A DNA stretch of 63,936 nt, filler included, from Octopus bimaculoides (lineage: Eukaryota): assembly GCF_001194135.2 (NCBI RefSeq). It is 9 parts of 8 records of this genome, joined end to end, with 100 filler letters (N's around TTAATTAATTAA, not from the genome) between each part and the next. Parts side by side here need not be neighbours in the genome. Positions count along the whole stretch, not along the records: positions 36,302 to 46,523 come from NC_069005.1; positions 46,624 to 50,688 come from NW_026325965.1; positions 50,789 to 52,469 come from NC_069005.1; 6 more parts are not named here. One strand, 5' to 3'. Positions 38,101-50,904 of this stretch are shown piece after piece. Position numbers and translations under genes: made by a program. The notes beneath the pieces were generated by a model that saw nothing but the letters and a program-made list of their open reading frames with translations, searched no databases and was not told the origin of the DNA. The stretch's first letter is position 1. Each line of letters begins with the position of its first letter.

Positions 38101-38807
38101 ATATAATTTCTTTATTTGTGAACTAAGGCTACCATTAGTCTCATGTTAAGAAAAGTAGGAAAATATCCTAGTGTCTTCACAATTTTTCAAGCTAATCACA
38201 TGGAGATATGTGTTTTCCATTCTATCTGGTGGCTGCTTATTCTACCTTCTTTCAGTGTCCATATCATATTTGACAAGGATGTTGCATGTTTTTATTTTTG
38301 TCTCTGAATGAAACCAGATGTGTATTCCTTTCCTTGAGTTGCCTGTCATTCTGACATGCGCCTTTGGTATTCTGTTGGAGTCTGTGATCTTGGCCTTGTA
38401 TACAAGTTCTTTCTTGAGACAGTTGTTGTTTAAAGGGCAGCAGATTGGGGATCTACAGTTGCATTGTCTTTCTGGTGTGTTTATGTTTATTGTTATTGAA
38501 TATTATTGACCCTATAGTACATAAATTCCACACAAAGAAGAAATATGCCCCGATGATGAAATACCACAGCACACAAGTATAAGAACATCAAGGAAGACAA
38601 ACATTCAAAAGATGCCACCCAAGAGTAACGTCCCTTGATTCACTGTTTTATTCATGTGAATTTAAAAGAACCCCTGTGAACTAAATGGAAGCGAACACCT
38701 TTCTCCATGTGATTGGCTTGAAAAATTGTTAAGACACTAGGATATTTTCCTACTTTTCTTAACATGAAACCAATGGTAGCCTTAGTTCACAAATAAAGAA
38801 ATTATAT
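38101..38807 (-). mobile_element. Penelope-like relic with about 120-bp inverted arms (38101-38221 and 38684-38807)
   Basis: Minus strand 38480-38230 translates QCNCRSPICCPLNNNCLKKELVYKAKIT...KERNTHLVSFRDK...KHATSLSNMIWTLKE, the CNC..CPL..CL..VYKA plus GIY-YIG pattern. The arms are reverse complements with few mismatches. Confidence 0.75.
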
Positions 38808-39696
38808 ATATACATACATACACGTGTGCTTACATTTGGAGTAGAGTATCAAAGATCATAGTCTATAAGATGTGATATAAATAGGAGACTCCATCCATTT
38901 TTTTAAACTGATGAAAAACTTTCACTGACTAGATTGAATTAATGACTCGTGACATTAAGTTATGGCTTTTAATGTTCTGAGGTCAATTTTATTTTTTCTG
39001 AGGTCAATTTTATTTTTCATCCTTCTGGAGTGAAACAGAATACTGGTCAAGAACTGGGTTGATTTATATCATCATTATTGTCATCGTTTTGATGTTCAAT
39101 TTTCCATGTTCGTGTGGGTCGAATGGAATATATTGAAGCAGATTTTCTGTCTCCCCTTTTCAAGAGTATAAAGTATGATTTGAGCAAGTGGTTTGGTTGC
39201 TATTTCTTGCAGGCTATGTGGGGCAAACTGCAGCTTGTGGACTTTGTGAATGGCATGCCAATGAAAAATTATCTTGTATTTTCTTAGTAGTACAACTTGC
39301 TTTATGATAAGCCATGTCTCATGTGACCTGCTTCTCATACATGTGAAACTCTTTGGCCCAAGTATAACACAAAGAATATTAGCAGGAATGTATCTGGTAT
39401 CCAATAGGTAGGCTTCCTAAGTTAATTTAGACCACATATATAGTTGTGAAATTGTGAACCATTTGTTGATCCAATAATGAGAGCATCCATACACAGCCTA
39501 TGCCTGGCCTTGTGGCTCTCTCATTGAATTTCCTTTTAAGACAATTTTCTATGGATTGCAGGTGAACTCTTGGCTTTGTGGATTGATTTTGATTAACAGA
39601 AATGGTGTGAAAGCCTTTTGGATTTTATCCTATTCCTGGGTGGAAGCTTTCACTTTCTATATTAAGTGTAACACCGTCATCTGGGTCTTGGATGCT

Positions 39697-39842
39697 TTAA
39701 GTTGAGTGGAGACCTCCAGTGTTAAGTTGAGTGGAGACCTCCAGTGTTAAGCTGAGTGGAGACTTCCAGTGTTAAGTTGAGTGGAGACCTCCAGTGTTAA
39801 GCTGAGTGGAGACCTCCAGTGTTAAGTTGAGTGGAGACCTCC
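39697..39842. repeat. 25-bp minisatellite, about 5.8 copies
   Basis: Unit ttaag(t/c)tgagtggagacctccagtg, with at most two variable positions between units. Confidence 0.95.
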
Positions 39843-40752
39843 TCTGAGCCATATCCCTGCACACTGCTATAAGGGCAGAGATGACTATCTGCAAGTGTGA
39901 TCCTCGTAAATCAGAATGGCTGTTCTAATGCATCTCCCTCGTCATCCTCTGGGGCAATGCCTTTTCTAATTTGTCTGCTGGGACCATGAATAAAACGAAA
40001 TTGTATGTTCCACTCCTTAATGTAAAGTTACTTCATATTAATCTTTGAAAAATAGTTATTTACTTTCCCTCACACCATTAACCTTTTAAACTTATAAGCA
40101 CAGAGGCTAGGTGTTTTTCTTGTCAGTGGGTAAGTCCCTCTCTCCATTTCTTGTACTGTTGAGGAAAGAATGAAAAGAGTTATTAGCATAGCCCCTGCTC
40201 CCCTGACTACACCATTAAAAAGTACCCAAACAAATAATATAGCTGTTTCGCAAGAAAAACAATGATTATAGAGTTAAGGAATAATTTATTGGATATGAAT
40301 CTTCTTATAGGACATTATCTTCTGGACACGGATATTATTTACCAGAGACTGAACAGAAAATAACAAAAGGCAGTGATTATTTATATATAAATGAGAGGAA
40401 AACATGCACACACACAGACATATATGTGCAGACATCATACTCTCACATAGATACTCATATTTACTCACTCTCACACTCACATGCTGTTTTTGTCCTACAA
40501 AGTTTAAAAAAAATTTCCCCCCTAACCCTGACCCTTATTTGCCTGTCTGTTGTCTTCATTGCTTTTCAAACCGGACACCCAATCTGCTTATGTAACTGTG
40601 GTTGCAAAAATTCATTGTTTTTGTTTTTGCCTTTTTTAATGAGTGAATGGCATTTCAAAAATTATATATCATCACCATTGCCACCACCACTGCCTTCCCT
40701 ATCATCATAACTGCTAATATCATCACCACTACTGCCTCCACCTTCAAGACCA

Positions 40753-40830
40753 CTAGTATTATCACCACCACCATCATCAAGGCCTAGTATCACCACCACC
40801 ATCATCAAAGCCTAGTATCACCACCACCAA
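40753..40830. repeat. About 28-bp tandem repeat, roughly 2.7 copies
   Basis: Unit ctagtatcaccaccaccatcatcaa(g/a)gc. Confidence 0.8.
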
Positions 40831-42278
40831 CACCTCTATTATTATCAAGACCATTAGTACCAGTACTGTCATTGACGAGACAGATCCCACATTCATGAAC
40901 AACATATTGCTTAATTGTCTCAAACATAGCTCTTCTTGAGGCCCACTATCCTGATATCTTCATTCTTTGTTATCCATGAACACACACACACACACACACA
41001 CACACACTCATCCTCTCTCTCTCTCTTCCCTTCTCTCTCCCATCGTGTCTCCCATCCTCTGTCTATCCCCTCTCTCCCCCACTCCTTGCTACTGAGAGCA
41101 AATGGCATTTTGTCCTTTGTTTTTTTACTATCACATGATCATACTTGACTTGCACAATCAGCTCTCTCTCTCCCTTTCTAGCTGATGCAATTAACCCTCT
41201 TGATATCAATCCACTTGAGACTGCCCCTTGGTTCTGTGATAAAAACTTCCTGTTTTAAAGTGACTTGAGTTGAAAGCTTCCATCATAATTTCATGCTCTC
41301 ATGTTCCAAATATCAACTTAATAATGACAAAGTTAGTTTGCTAAATTGTTCATTGTTTTCAAAATTAATTGAATCATGAGTATTGGATCTCAACAGAAAT
41401 GCATTAACAAAAGGGTTGAAATCCAGTCGACATGCTCATGGCCATTTTGTACACTGAATGTCAACTTTACACATCCAATGTTCCATGTTTGCCTTATTTT
41501 TATCTGTTCTTTACAGACCTGTATTCAGTACCCTTGTCTCACTATAATGCAGCATCATATTCTCTTAAATATTTTCATACAATCACCTTTTTGCATTTTT
41601 TTTTTATGGTTGGATGTTTTTCTTATCAACCATGTTACATGTGTGGATGCATTTCATCATACTTCTAGTATTAGAGAAGTTGTCTAGTTGGACCAAAGAG
41701 TTCCTTTGGTCAACTACATCCCCGCTGCCCTTGTCTCCATACGACTGTTTCTGGATAATTATTAACTATTTATCATCATCATTAATTATGCAATTATCAA
41801 TTATTTATGTTTAAAACAGTTTGCCAACTTAAAAGTATTCTTCTAGTGATATAAGGCTATGAATTTCAGAGAAGCATTTTTCTGGCAACTGATCTGATCT
41901 GAGACCATCTGTTGACACTAAAGCCATTACAGAATGGAAGACAGCAGTTCTTGTGTGTTTTTGAATGGCTAATATCTAACTTCATTTAAACATTATTTGG
42001 TGTCAAAATTTTTATCACTCTACCTGTGACCTGGTCATTAATCCAGTTTCAATGCAATTGATTCCAGGCAAGGCTGTGAGCTAGTATCTTTCTTTTATCT
42101 TTTACATATTTTACTTATTTTCAGTCAACTGTGGCCATGCTGAAGTACTGCTTTGAAGGGTTTTAGTTGAATGAATCAACCCCAGTACTTATTCTATTGG
42201 TCTCTTTTGCTAAGTTCCAGGGACTTAAACACATCAACACTGCTTGTCAAATAGGGGAGGGGGGGTAAAGATACAGAC

Positions 42279-42315
<37 letters not shown>

Positions 42316-42745
42316 NNNNNNNNNNNNNNNNNNNNNNNNNNNNNNNNNNNNNNNNNNNNNNNNNNNNNNNNNNNNNNNNNNNNNNNNNNNNNNNNNNNNN
42401 NNNNNNNNNNNNNNNNNNNNNNNNNNNNNNNNNNNNNNNNNNNNNNNNNNNNNNNNNNNNNNNNNNNNNNNNNNNNNNNNNNNNNNNNATTGCTATTTAT
42501 TTCCCAACCCCTCTACACAGTTATGCTTTTTCTATCTGGGGGCAATTATCTATCGAGCAGTTGTCTTAGAGGGCAATTTTTTTTCCAGAGGTACTTGTCA
42601 GAGAGCAATTAACCGGAGGGCAGCTGTCCTAGAACCCTTTCACCAAATGCTCTTTCATTTTTAGTTGTAAAATAAATAGTAAAAATCTTTTGCAAAATTT
42701 TTCCTGTGGAAAAAGTTTGTGTGCATCACCATCATCATTATTGTT

Positions 42746-42783
<38 letters not shown>

Positions 42784-43134
42784 TTAACACTAAATGCATA
42801 ATGAGTATAATCATCAATTATTGCATTACTTAAGGTAATTAATCTTTTGTGTATTCTTGTGTACACATTGAGAGATGGTGAGAGTGTGTACAAACATTAA
42901 TTTCATTTGAGTATTAGTTGCAAGACATTTGCAGAGGCACGTGTGCATACAGTTTAATGAAAATAGTGCTTTCCCTAATGTATCAGTTTTAACAAGTACG
43001 TGGCTCTGTGGTCAAAAAGCTTTCTTCCCAACCACACTGCTTCAGGTTCAGTTCTACTGCATGAATTATTGTGTTTCCATGGCATGAAACTGCTGGTAGC
43101 TCTTCTCTAATTACAGTGTATATTGGTTTCTACT

Positions 43135-43335
43135 TTTGGCACGAGGCCAGACGTTTTTGGGGAGGAGGTAAGTTGATTACCTTGACCCCAGTGCTTAACT
43201 GGTACTTATTTTATTGACCTTGAAAGGATGAAAGGCAAAGTCGACCTCAGTGGAATTTGAACTCAGAATGTAAGGATGGATGAAATGCTGCTAAGCATTT
43301 TGCCCAATGAGCTAACAATTCTACCTGTTCGCCAT
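43135..43335 (-). mobile_element. SINE family A copy
   Basis: gaaaggatgaaaggcaaagtcgacctcagtggaatttgaactcagaatg...ctaagcattttgccc. Confidence 0.85.
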
Positions 43336-43769
43336 CTCAAGTACTGTGTATATTAAATGATATCTCTCACTGGATGGAGTACTTTTTTGTTGTTCTTACC
43401 TATAACAGAACAGTAAACTGCACACATGCACGCACGCACACACACGCACGCACGCACACACGCACGAAAGTGGCACTCACTGTATTTTACCAGAATTGGT
43501 TTCTGCAAGCCTATGAAACTTAAAGTAATATGGAGCTGAGGGTTTTATTCTGGCCACACCCATCCCTACCATTTTATCTTTTTCTCAGATACTCCCACCT
43601 ACCCTCATATGACTGTAATGTAGCCATGTAGCTACTCCATAGCAAAATATGTATGCTTGTCCCTGGCATAAAATCTCTTCTGCACCCTCTCAAACACTAC
43701 CCTCTCTTCCTCAATTGGGAAGGTTTTCCTGTTTCCCTTTTCTTTTTCTTTTTTCTTGTTCTCTCCTGT

Positions 43770-43960
43770 CTTGCAAGTTACTTAGCATTCTCACTGGTGC
43801 TAGTGGCATGAAAAATGTATGTGCTACACTCTGTAAAGTGGTTGGCATTAGGAAGGGCATCCAGTTGTAGAAACCATCTCAAAGATGACATGGAGCACCT
43901 TGATCTGATCGAACTGTCCAACCTATGCCAGCATAAAAAACATGTTAAATGATGATGATG
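43770..43960 (+). mobile_element. RTE-tail-like short repeat (opposite-orientation copy at 46215-46500)
   Basis: ggttggcattaggaagggcatccag here, and its reverse complement ctggatgcccttcctaacaccaacc at about 46337. Confidence 0.65.
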
Positions 43961-44267
43961 TGTGCATGCATGCCCAATACTTACTACACCGAACACCACA
44001 CAACACAATTCACATCACACAATACACACTGAGTCTATTTCATGGAAACTGGATTGATAAATTGTGGAGATTCTTGTTATTTCAAGTGATGAACTTGAGT
44101 GAACTTGTAAACAACAAGCTGTACATTGTTGAAAGTGGATTTGCTGAAGTGCTTTGAAGCTAAAGTACTTCAAGTTAACAAAGAATCCTTAGCTTGGCAT
44201 TAGAAATAGTTGCCAAACCTTCCTCAATCAAATGTTATTGTGTTAAAAGTAAGGACAGTAAACAATA

Positions 44268-44453
44268 GGCGTAGGAGTGGCTGTGTGGTAAGTAGCTTGC
44301 TTACCAACCACATGGTCCCGGGTTCAGTCCCACTGCGTGGCATCTTGGGCAAGTGTCTTCTACTATAGCCTTGGGCCGACCAAAGCCTTGTGAGTGGATT
44401 TGGTAGACGGAAACTCAAAGAAGCCTGTTGTATATATATATATATATATATAG

Positions 44454-44485
<32 letters not shown>

Positions 44486-44697
44486 TTGTGTGTCTGTGTT
44501 TGTCCCCCCAACATTGCTTGACAACTGATGCTGGTGTGTTTATGTCCCCGTAACTTAGCGGTTCGGCAAAAGAGACCAATAGAATAAGTACTAGGCTTCC
44601 AAAGAATAAGTCCTTGGGTCGATTTTCTCGACTAAAGGCGGTGCTCCAACATGGCCACAGTCAAATGACTGAAACAAGTAAAAGAGCAAAGAGAGTA
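44268..44697 (+). mobile_element. SINE family B, full-length copy (tRNA-like head, CORE-like motif, internal (TA)n(TG)n, 3' domain)
   Basis: A-box-like TGGCTGTGTGG 44278-44288, B-box GGTTCAGTCCC 44321-44331, CTTGGGCAAG at about 44344. Partial copies at 11140-11285, 12093-12300, 26170-26391, 49330-49437, 55073-55238 and 62530-62619. Confidence 0.9.
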
Positions 44698-45358
44698 AAC
44701 CTAAAAAAACAAAAATTTTGAATGCCTTTGATAATATGTTTACTCAATCAGAGCTAACCTGGGGTTAAATAACAGTAAAGTACATCTTGGTAAGGTAGGT
44801 TATTACAATTTAGAAATAAGTGTTCCTAATTAACATCTAGTCTAGAACTGTGTATGTGTATCTAGGAGTAAGACAAGCAATGATGATCAGAGATCAACCT
44901 GATTGAAACATTGAGTCGATTGTAGAAGTATGCACTAAAGATAAGGTTAATTAGTCTGGGAAATAATCAATTTTATAAACAGCAAACTCATTGCAGACAT
45001 TTAATGAGAAATGTAATCAAGTGCTTGAGAAGCTAGCAGCCAGTATGGTGAAGTAGAACTTAAAGTAAAATTGATGAGATTAATAGTTTAAAGTTGTGAT
45101 TAATTGTCCATAAAATTATAATCTTAATGATTCATCATCTAGACAATTAGACATTTAATTACTTTGAGAACATTTTTGAAGAAAGGTGTTCATTCATCTG
45201 GACTTATCATGCTTAAGTCTTTGTGTGGTTTCAGCCATTGGACTGTACCCAAGCTAGGGTACCATCTTTAAGGGTTTTCTTTTGACTATGTAATGAATCG
45301 TAGTATTTTTTTCATTCTGGTACTTATTTTATATTGTAAGTTAGAGGCCATGAAAAGA

Positions 45359-45402
45359 TATGGCATAAGAAACACACACACACATGTGTTTCTTATGCCA
45401 TA
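45359..45402. repeat. Perfect 18-bp inverted repeat with an 8-nt (CA)4 loop
   Basis: tatggcataagaaacaca - cacacaca - tgtgtttcttatgccata. Confidence 0.95.
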
Positions 45403-46624
45403 CTAGCTCCTGTGGAAGGCTAATTTGGCCTATGGCCCAAAACTAAACAGAGCTAAATAGCATGACTATAATACGTCTATAATGACTATATGCCTTGGTG
45501 GTGTTTGATCAGAGGTTAAGGACATAGAATTAATTCTGTAATGCAATCATTCTATTGTTCCAGTTCCATGTTGAATTCCAGCTGTTGGCCAATTTGTCCC
45601 AAAGTTCTTAGCTTGACATAGAATTAACGAAGCAAATGTCATTTATCTCCCCCTCAGTTTCTGATGTCATCTGACAAATGCCAACCAAGCTTTACTTGCT
45701 AGAAGTAGTAATCCAAATGCTTTTAAATCAGATCCCAATACTGGATGTGCAAGAACCAAATGAAGGTCAGGTTTTCAATCCCGGGATCATCCTGATTCCA
45801 AAAAGGTATAATATGTCTATGTGCAACAAATGTAGACTGAGATACAGGGGTCCCAGACAGACAGACAAAATTTCACTTTTAATATTATAAATATCTAAGT
45901 ATATGAAAGAAAAAATACAGAAATATTTTCAACATGACAAATGTTTCCATATTAGTGTATATTTTCACTAGGTGAGTTTTACACACACAATACAAATAAA
46001 AAAAGAGAAAATCACATTGAAAATTACAAGTTTTTATATAGAAAAGAGTTTTCATATAAGAAGTTTTACTGAATAAAATTTATTATATGTTGTAACCAAA
46101 GGACACTTTGTAGTTGAAGATAAATCATATTTTACAAAGCTGGATTGGTTTTTGTTGTTCAGTTTACCGAAGTTGAAAGCCTCTTCTTTCAATGGATTTT
46201 TAGACTATATATATCCTCATCATCATTGTTTAATGACCACCTTCCATGCTGGCATGGGTTGGATGGTTTGTTAGTAGTCAGCCAGGCAGGAGCCTGCACC
46301 AGACTTTTGTGTCTGTTTTGACAGAGTTTTTATGGCTGGATGCCCTTCCTAACACCAACCACCCAGCAGAGTGGACTGAGTACTTTTTATGTGGCACAAG
46401 TACAGGTGAGGTCAGTTTTGGTATGGTTTTTACACCTAGATGCCCTTCCAAAATGCCTGGATGCTTTTTACATGGTATCAGCACTGGCAGGGTTACCTAT
46501 ATATATATATATATATATATATANNNNNNNNNNNNNNNNNNNNNNNNNNNNNNNNNNNNNNNNNNNNTTAATTAATTAANNNNNNNNNNNNNNNNNNNNN
46601 NNNNNNNNNNNNNNNNNNNNNNNT

Positions 46625-46768
46625 ATTTGTTTATTGTCCACAGGGGTCTAAACATAGAGGGGACAAACAATGAAAGACAAGGGGATTAAGTCGATTACAT
46701 CAACCCCGATGCGTAACTGGTACCTATTTAATCGACCCCGAAAGCATGAAAGGCAAAGTCGACCTCCG
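46625..46768 (-). mobile_element. SINE family A (alternative-tail subfamily), truncated
   Basis: ggacaaacaa...ggggattaagtcgattacatcaacccc...aaggcaaagtcgacctc. Confidence 0.75.
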
Positions 46769-47439
46769 CCTCCATGTTGGATCCAACATGATGGCAGATC
46801 ACCAGCATTCTTAACTCGTGCATGAAACCATTGGTTGCATTGTTACACAATAAATAAAGAATATATTTATCCACCAAATATTCGGTGTTGAGCACTTATT
46901 CTCACCGAGAGAGGTGAGGGAAGCGACAGAGACACAGACAACAGATATATATAGAGAGAGTGCAAATCCATGTTTCTAGATGCAAACCCATGGTCATTTA
47001 TGACTGAAGGAGTTTTAACCCTTTTTAGAATATTTTATTAGCAAACACGAAGGATCACGTTGGTTATCAGTTACATCTTTTTAATCCTCCTATTTTGAGA
47101 ATCATAAATTGCATCCAGACAGATCAAAAGGATTCTATCATTCCAGCCTTTGATTCTTTGATAAATTTTACATCTTTCATATTGAAAGAACAATGAAATT
47201 AGGAAGTCGTGACGTTTATGCTTCACGGATGATGAAGAAGAGCAACCGAAAAATTCATAATTGAGTTGTTTTAAATGCTCAGTCCGCTGATCCACACTAA
47301 AGTATCAATAGAAAATGTATACTAAAAAAATTATGAAGGCGGTGCCCCAGCATGGCTGCAATCCAATTTCCTGACAGGAACAAAAGTTTAAAGATAAAGT
47401 GAAGTTTTCTTGATCTGTGATTGATCTTACACTGCAGCT

Positions 47440-47626
47440 CAGCTGAACTAAGCAAAATGAGTGAAAGAATGTCAGTAAATCCGTCTTTACATTCTGAGTT
47501 CAAATTCCTCCGAGGTCGACTTTATCTTTCCTCATTACGGAGTCGGTAAAATGAGTATCAATTGAGCACTGGGGTCGAGCTAATCGACTTGCTCCCTCTC
47601 CCGGCCTCATGCTAAAATTTGAAACC
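47440..47626 (+). mobile_element. SINE family A, degenerate copy
   Basis: tccgtctttacattctgagttcaaattcctccgaggtcgacttt...gagcactggggtcgagctaatcgac. Confidence 0.75.
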
Positions 47627-49007
47627 AATATATCTTTTGTGTGAAGGTCTAGCTATCAGTTATTGATACACTACCGATTCCACTTAAATCTCTGTCTTAT
47701 TACAAACACCGAACTAGAGATATTCAAAATATAATCTCGCTGTTCGTTACTCTCTGCATTGATCATGTTCATACTAAATTAACAATTGTTATTCAAGAGC
47801 TTAAAAGCAAAACCAACAATTTCACATGCTTCGGAGGACGACGATAAGTTGCTACAGCTATTGTAGCATTGGTCGTACATCAGCCGCAAAAGACTATTGC
47901 ACAAGCTAGGAGTGTCTATTCAGGGGATGCAGCTTGGCTTACACGGACTATTGCATGTTTGGAGATGATTGCGAAAATAACGCGGACTGTATTGTCAACA
48001 ACGACACTCAGAACATTGATGAAGATACATAAAAACGTATTCCTAAAATATAGAGTCCAAGTAGATCCTACGTATAAAAACTTCTAGTTAAACCTAATAT
48101 CTAGCAGAGCTGTGCTGTTTTCTTGCTTTATAAAACCCATATTTGTAACTTCAAAGTACTTTCAAACATGTATTATATAATACTGTTATATCACAAATAT
48201 AAACATAATAGTTTAGCTGCTCTTGTTTGTTGTTTCTTTAACCCCGAGAAATATTGCAACACTTTTATTGTATTAGATTCCTTATTGAAGAAAATCAAAG
48301 GATTATCGTAATTAAGTTTCCATTTTCACTATAAGCCCTGATAGTGCAAATTCTGTATTCTATGGTGACAATTTTGAAAAATCTAAAATCCAAAATGGTG
48401 GCGATGCAGGTGTCTATGCAAATACAAACGTAGATTTTTTTTTTTGTTTTTTTGTTTTTTTGTTTTTTGGAGGATCGTCCATGCTCTGGTGCTTCTTAAA
48501 ACTGCGCAGGTTGTTTATTAATCTAAAAAAAAAACAAAAAAAAACTGTGAACGAAATGAAATTTGTTGACACTAAAGAACACAACTGCACGTTCTACATC
48601 AAAGCAAGTACCACTTTTATTTGTAACAACAGTTTTTTTTTCTCTCCGCATAGATTGATTAAATATTAACATACATACATATAAATATATATATGTATAT
48701 ATATATAAACGTAGATAAATAGATAGATAGATAGATACATATATTCATACANNNNNNNNNNNNNNNNNNNNNNNNNNNNNNNNNNNNNNNNNNNNNNNNN
48801 NNNNNNNNNNNNNNNNNNNNNNNNNNNNNNNNNNNNNNNNNNNNNNNNNNNNNNNNNNNNNNNNNNNNNNNNNNNNNNNNNNNNNNNNNNNNNNNNNNNN
48901 NNNNNNNNNNNNNNNNNNNNNNNNNNNNNNNNNNNNNNNNNNNNNNNNNNNNNNNNNNNNNNNNNNNNNNNNNNNNNNNNNNNNNNNNNNNNNNNNNNNN
49001 NNNNNNN

Positions 49008-49038
<31 letters not shown>

Positions 49039-50010
49039 CGAAAATTACAGTATTGTATATCCATCACGACAAATACATATATGTATATATATATATGTAT
49101 ATATATATAAACGTAGATAAATAGATAGATAGATAGATACATATATTCATACAAACATATACATACATATACATACATATATATCATATATATATATATA
49201 TATATACACGTATATATAAATATATATATATATACACACACACATGCATACACATATATATATATATATATACACACACATATATGCATATACATACATA
49301 TATACATATACATGTATAATATATATATATATTCTTTTATTTGTTTCAGTAATTTGACTGTGGCCATGCTGGAGCACCACCTTTAGTCGAACAAATCGAC
49401 CTCAGGACTTATTCTTTGTAAGCCTAGTACTTATTCTCTCTCTGCCTCTCTTCCACTCTCNNNNNNNNNNNNNNNNNNNNNNNNNNNNNNNNNNNNNNNN
49501 NNNNNNNNNNNNNNNNNNNNNNNNNNNNNNNNNNNNNNNNNNNNNNNNNNNNNNNNNNNNNNNNNNNNNNNNNNNNNNNNNNNNNNNNNNNNNNNNNNNN
49601 NNNNNNNNNNNNNNNNNNNNNNNNNNNNNNNNNNNNNNNNNNNNNNNNNNNNNNNNNNNNNNNNNNNNNNNNNNNNNNNNNNNNNNNNNNNNNNNNNNNN
49701 NNNNNNNNNNNNNNNNNNNNNNNNNNNNNNNNNNNNNNNNNNNNNNNNNNNNNNNNNNNNNNNNNNNNNNNNNNNNNNNNNNNNNNNNNNNNNNNNNNNN
49801 NNNNNNNNNNNNNNNNNNNNNNNNNNNNNNNNNNNNNNNNNNNNNNNNNNNNNNNNNNNNNNNNNNNNNNNNNNNNNNNNNNNNNNNNNNNNNNNNNNNN
49901 NNNNNNNNNNNNNNNNNNNNNNNNNNNNNNNNNNNNNNNNNNNNNNNNNNNNNNNNNNNNNNNNNNNNNNNNNNNNNNNNNNNNNNNNNNNNNNNNNNNN
50001 NNNNNNNNNN

Positions 50011-50011
50011 N

Positions 50012-50047
<36 letters not shown>

Positions 50048-50350
50048 ACTCACTCCCTCGCTCGGCCCCTGTTTTCTTTCTCCCCTTCCCCCTCTCTCTT
50101 CCTCTTCTTTTCTTTCTTTTCTCTCTCCTCCTCCTCTCTCTCTTCCCTCACTGTTTATCTTTCTTTCTTACCCTCTTCTTTTGACCCTCCCTCTCTCTCC
50201 TTTCTCTCCCATTTTCCCCTCCCTCTTTCCCACTCTTCTTTCCTTTTCTCTCACTCTCCTTTTCCCTCCCCTTCTCTCCCCCTCTCTCCTCCTTTCCACT
50301 CTCTCTCTCTTCCCCTTCTCCCCCACCCCTTCCCTCCACTCCTCTCCACA
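50011..50350. repeat. (CT)n and degenerate polypyrimidine tract; a similar (GA)n tract lies at 63306-63460
   Basis: Directly visible. Confidence 0.9.
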
Positions 50351-50809
50351 TACACTGACTCCAAAACCCATATCTATACTAACACACCAGTTAGGTTCCC
50401 CCATGTTCTGACTGTCTCCGAACAAACGCGACATTTAAACACTGAACTGTAATTAGTGACTGATATTGTAATTACGAAATATTAATGAAAACATATGTTT
50501 TATAAAATGAAATTAATTAAAACATAATTACTATTCATTAAGGTTGTATTTCAATTGTTTTCACAGTAAATTTTGAAAGGAAACACGAAAGCTGTATATT
50601 CCGTTGTTATTCAATATATACGTGTGTTTATGTGTGTTTATGTGTTTATGTGTGTTTATGTGTGTATATGTATGTGTGTATGTATGTGNNNNNNNNNNNN
50701 NNNNNNNNNNNNNNNNNNNNNNNNNNNNNNNNTTAATTAATTAANNNNNNNNNNNNNNNNNNNNNNNNNNNNNNNNNNNNNNNNNNNNATATATATATAT
50801 ATATGCATG

Positions 50810-50871
<62 letters not shown>

Positions 50872-50904
50872 CCTATCTATCTATCTATAGACACACTAGA
50901 TAGA

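Noticed and set aside
39096-39600. Possible decayed retroelement coding sequence next to the minisatellite
   Set aside because: No RT or endonuclease motif could be read in any frame, so it is left unclassified.
39697-39842. CRISPR-like appearance of a palindromic 25-bp repeat
   Set aside because: The units are contiguous with no unique spacers, there are no cas genes, and the context is eukaryotic.
44268-44340. SINE heads as tRNA genes
   Set aside because: A and B boxes are present but I could not fold a complete cloverleaf, and each head continues into a SINE body.
45560-45890. Complex sequence with a 70-aa ORF and possible AG/GT pairs
   Set aside because: The exon-like reading either hits a stop or gives no recognisable peptide.
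47071-47295. Minus-strand ORF with faint resemblance to a hAT transposase C-terminus
   Set aside because: Diagnostic motifs (WIRNPF, STYLCE) are absent.
48680-49150. About 70-bp direct duplication on both sides of a gap
   Set aside because: Low-complexity sequence flanking an N-gap, most likely an unmerged contig overlap or collapsed tandem repeat.
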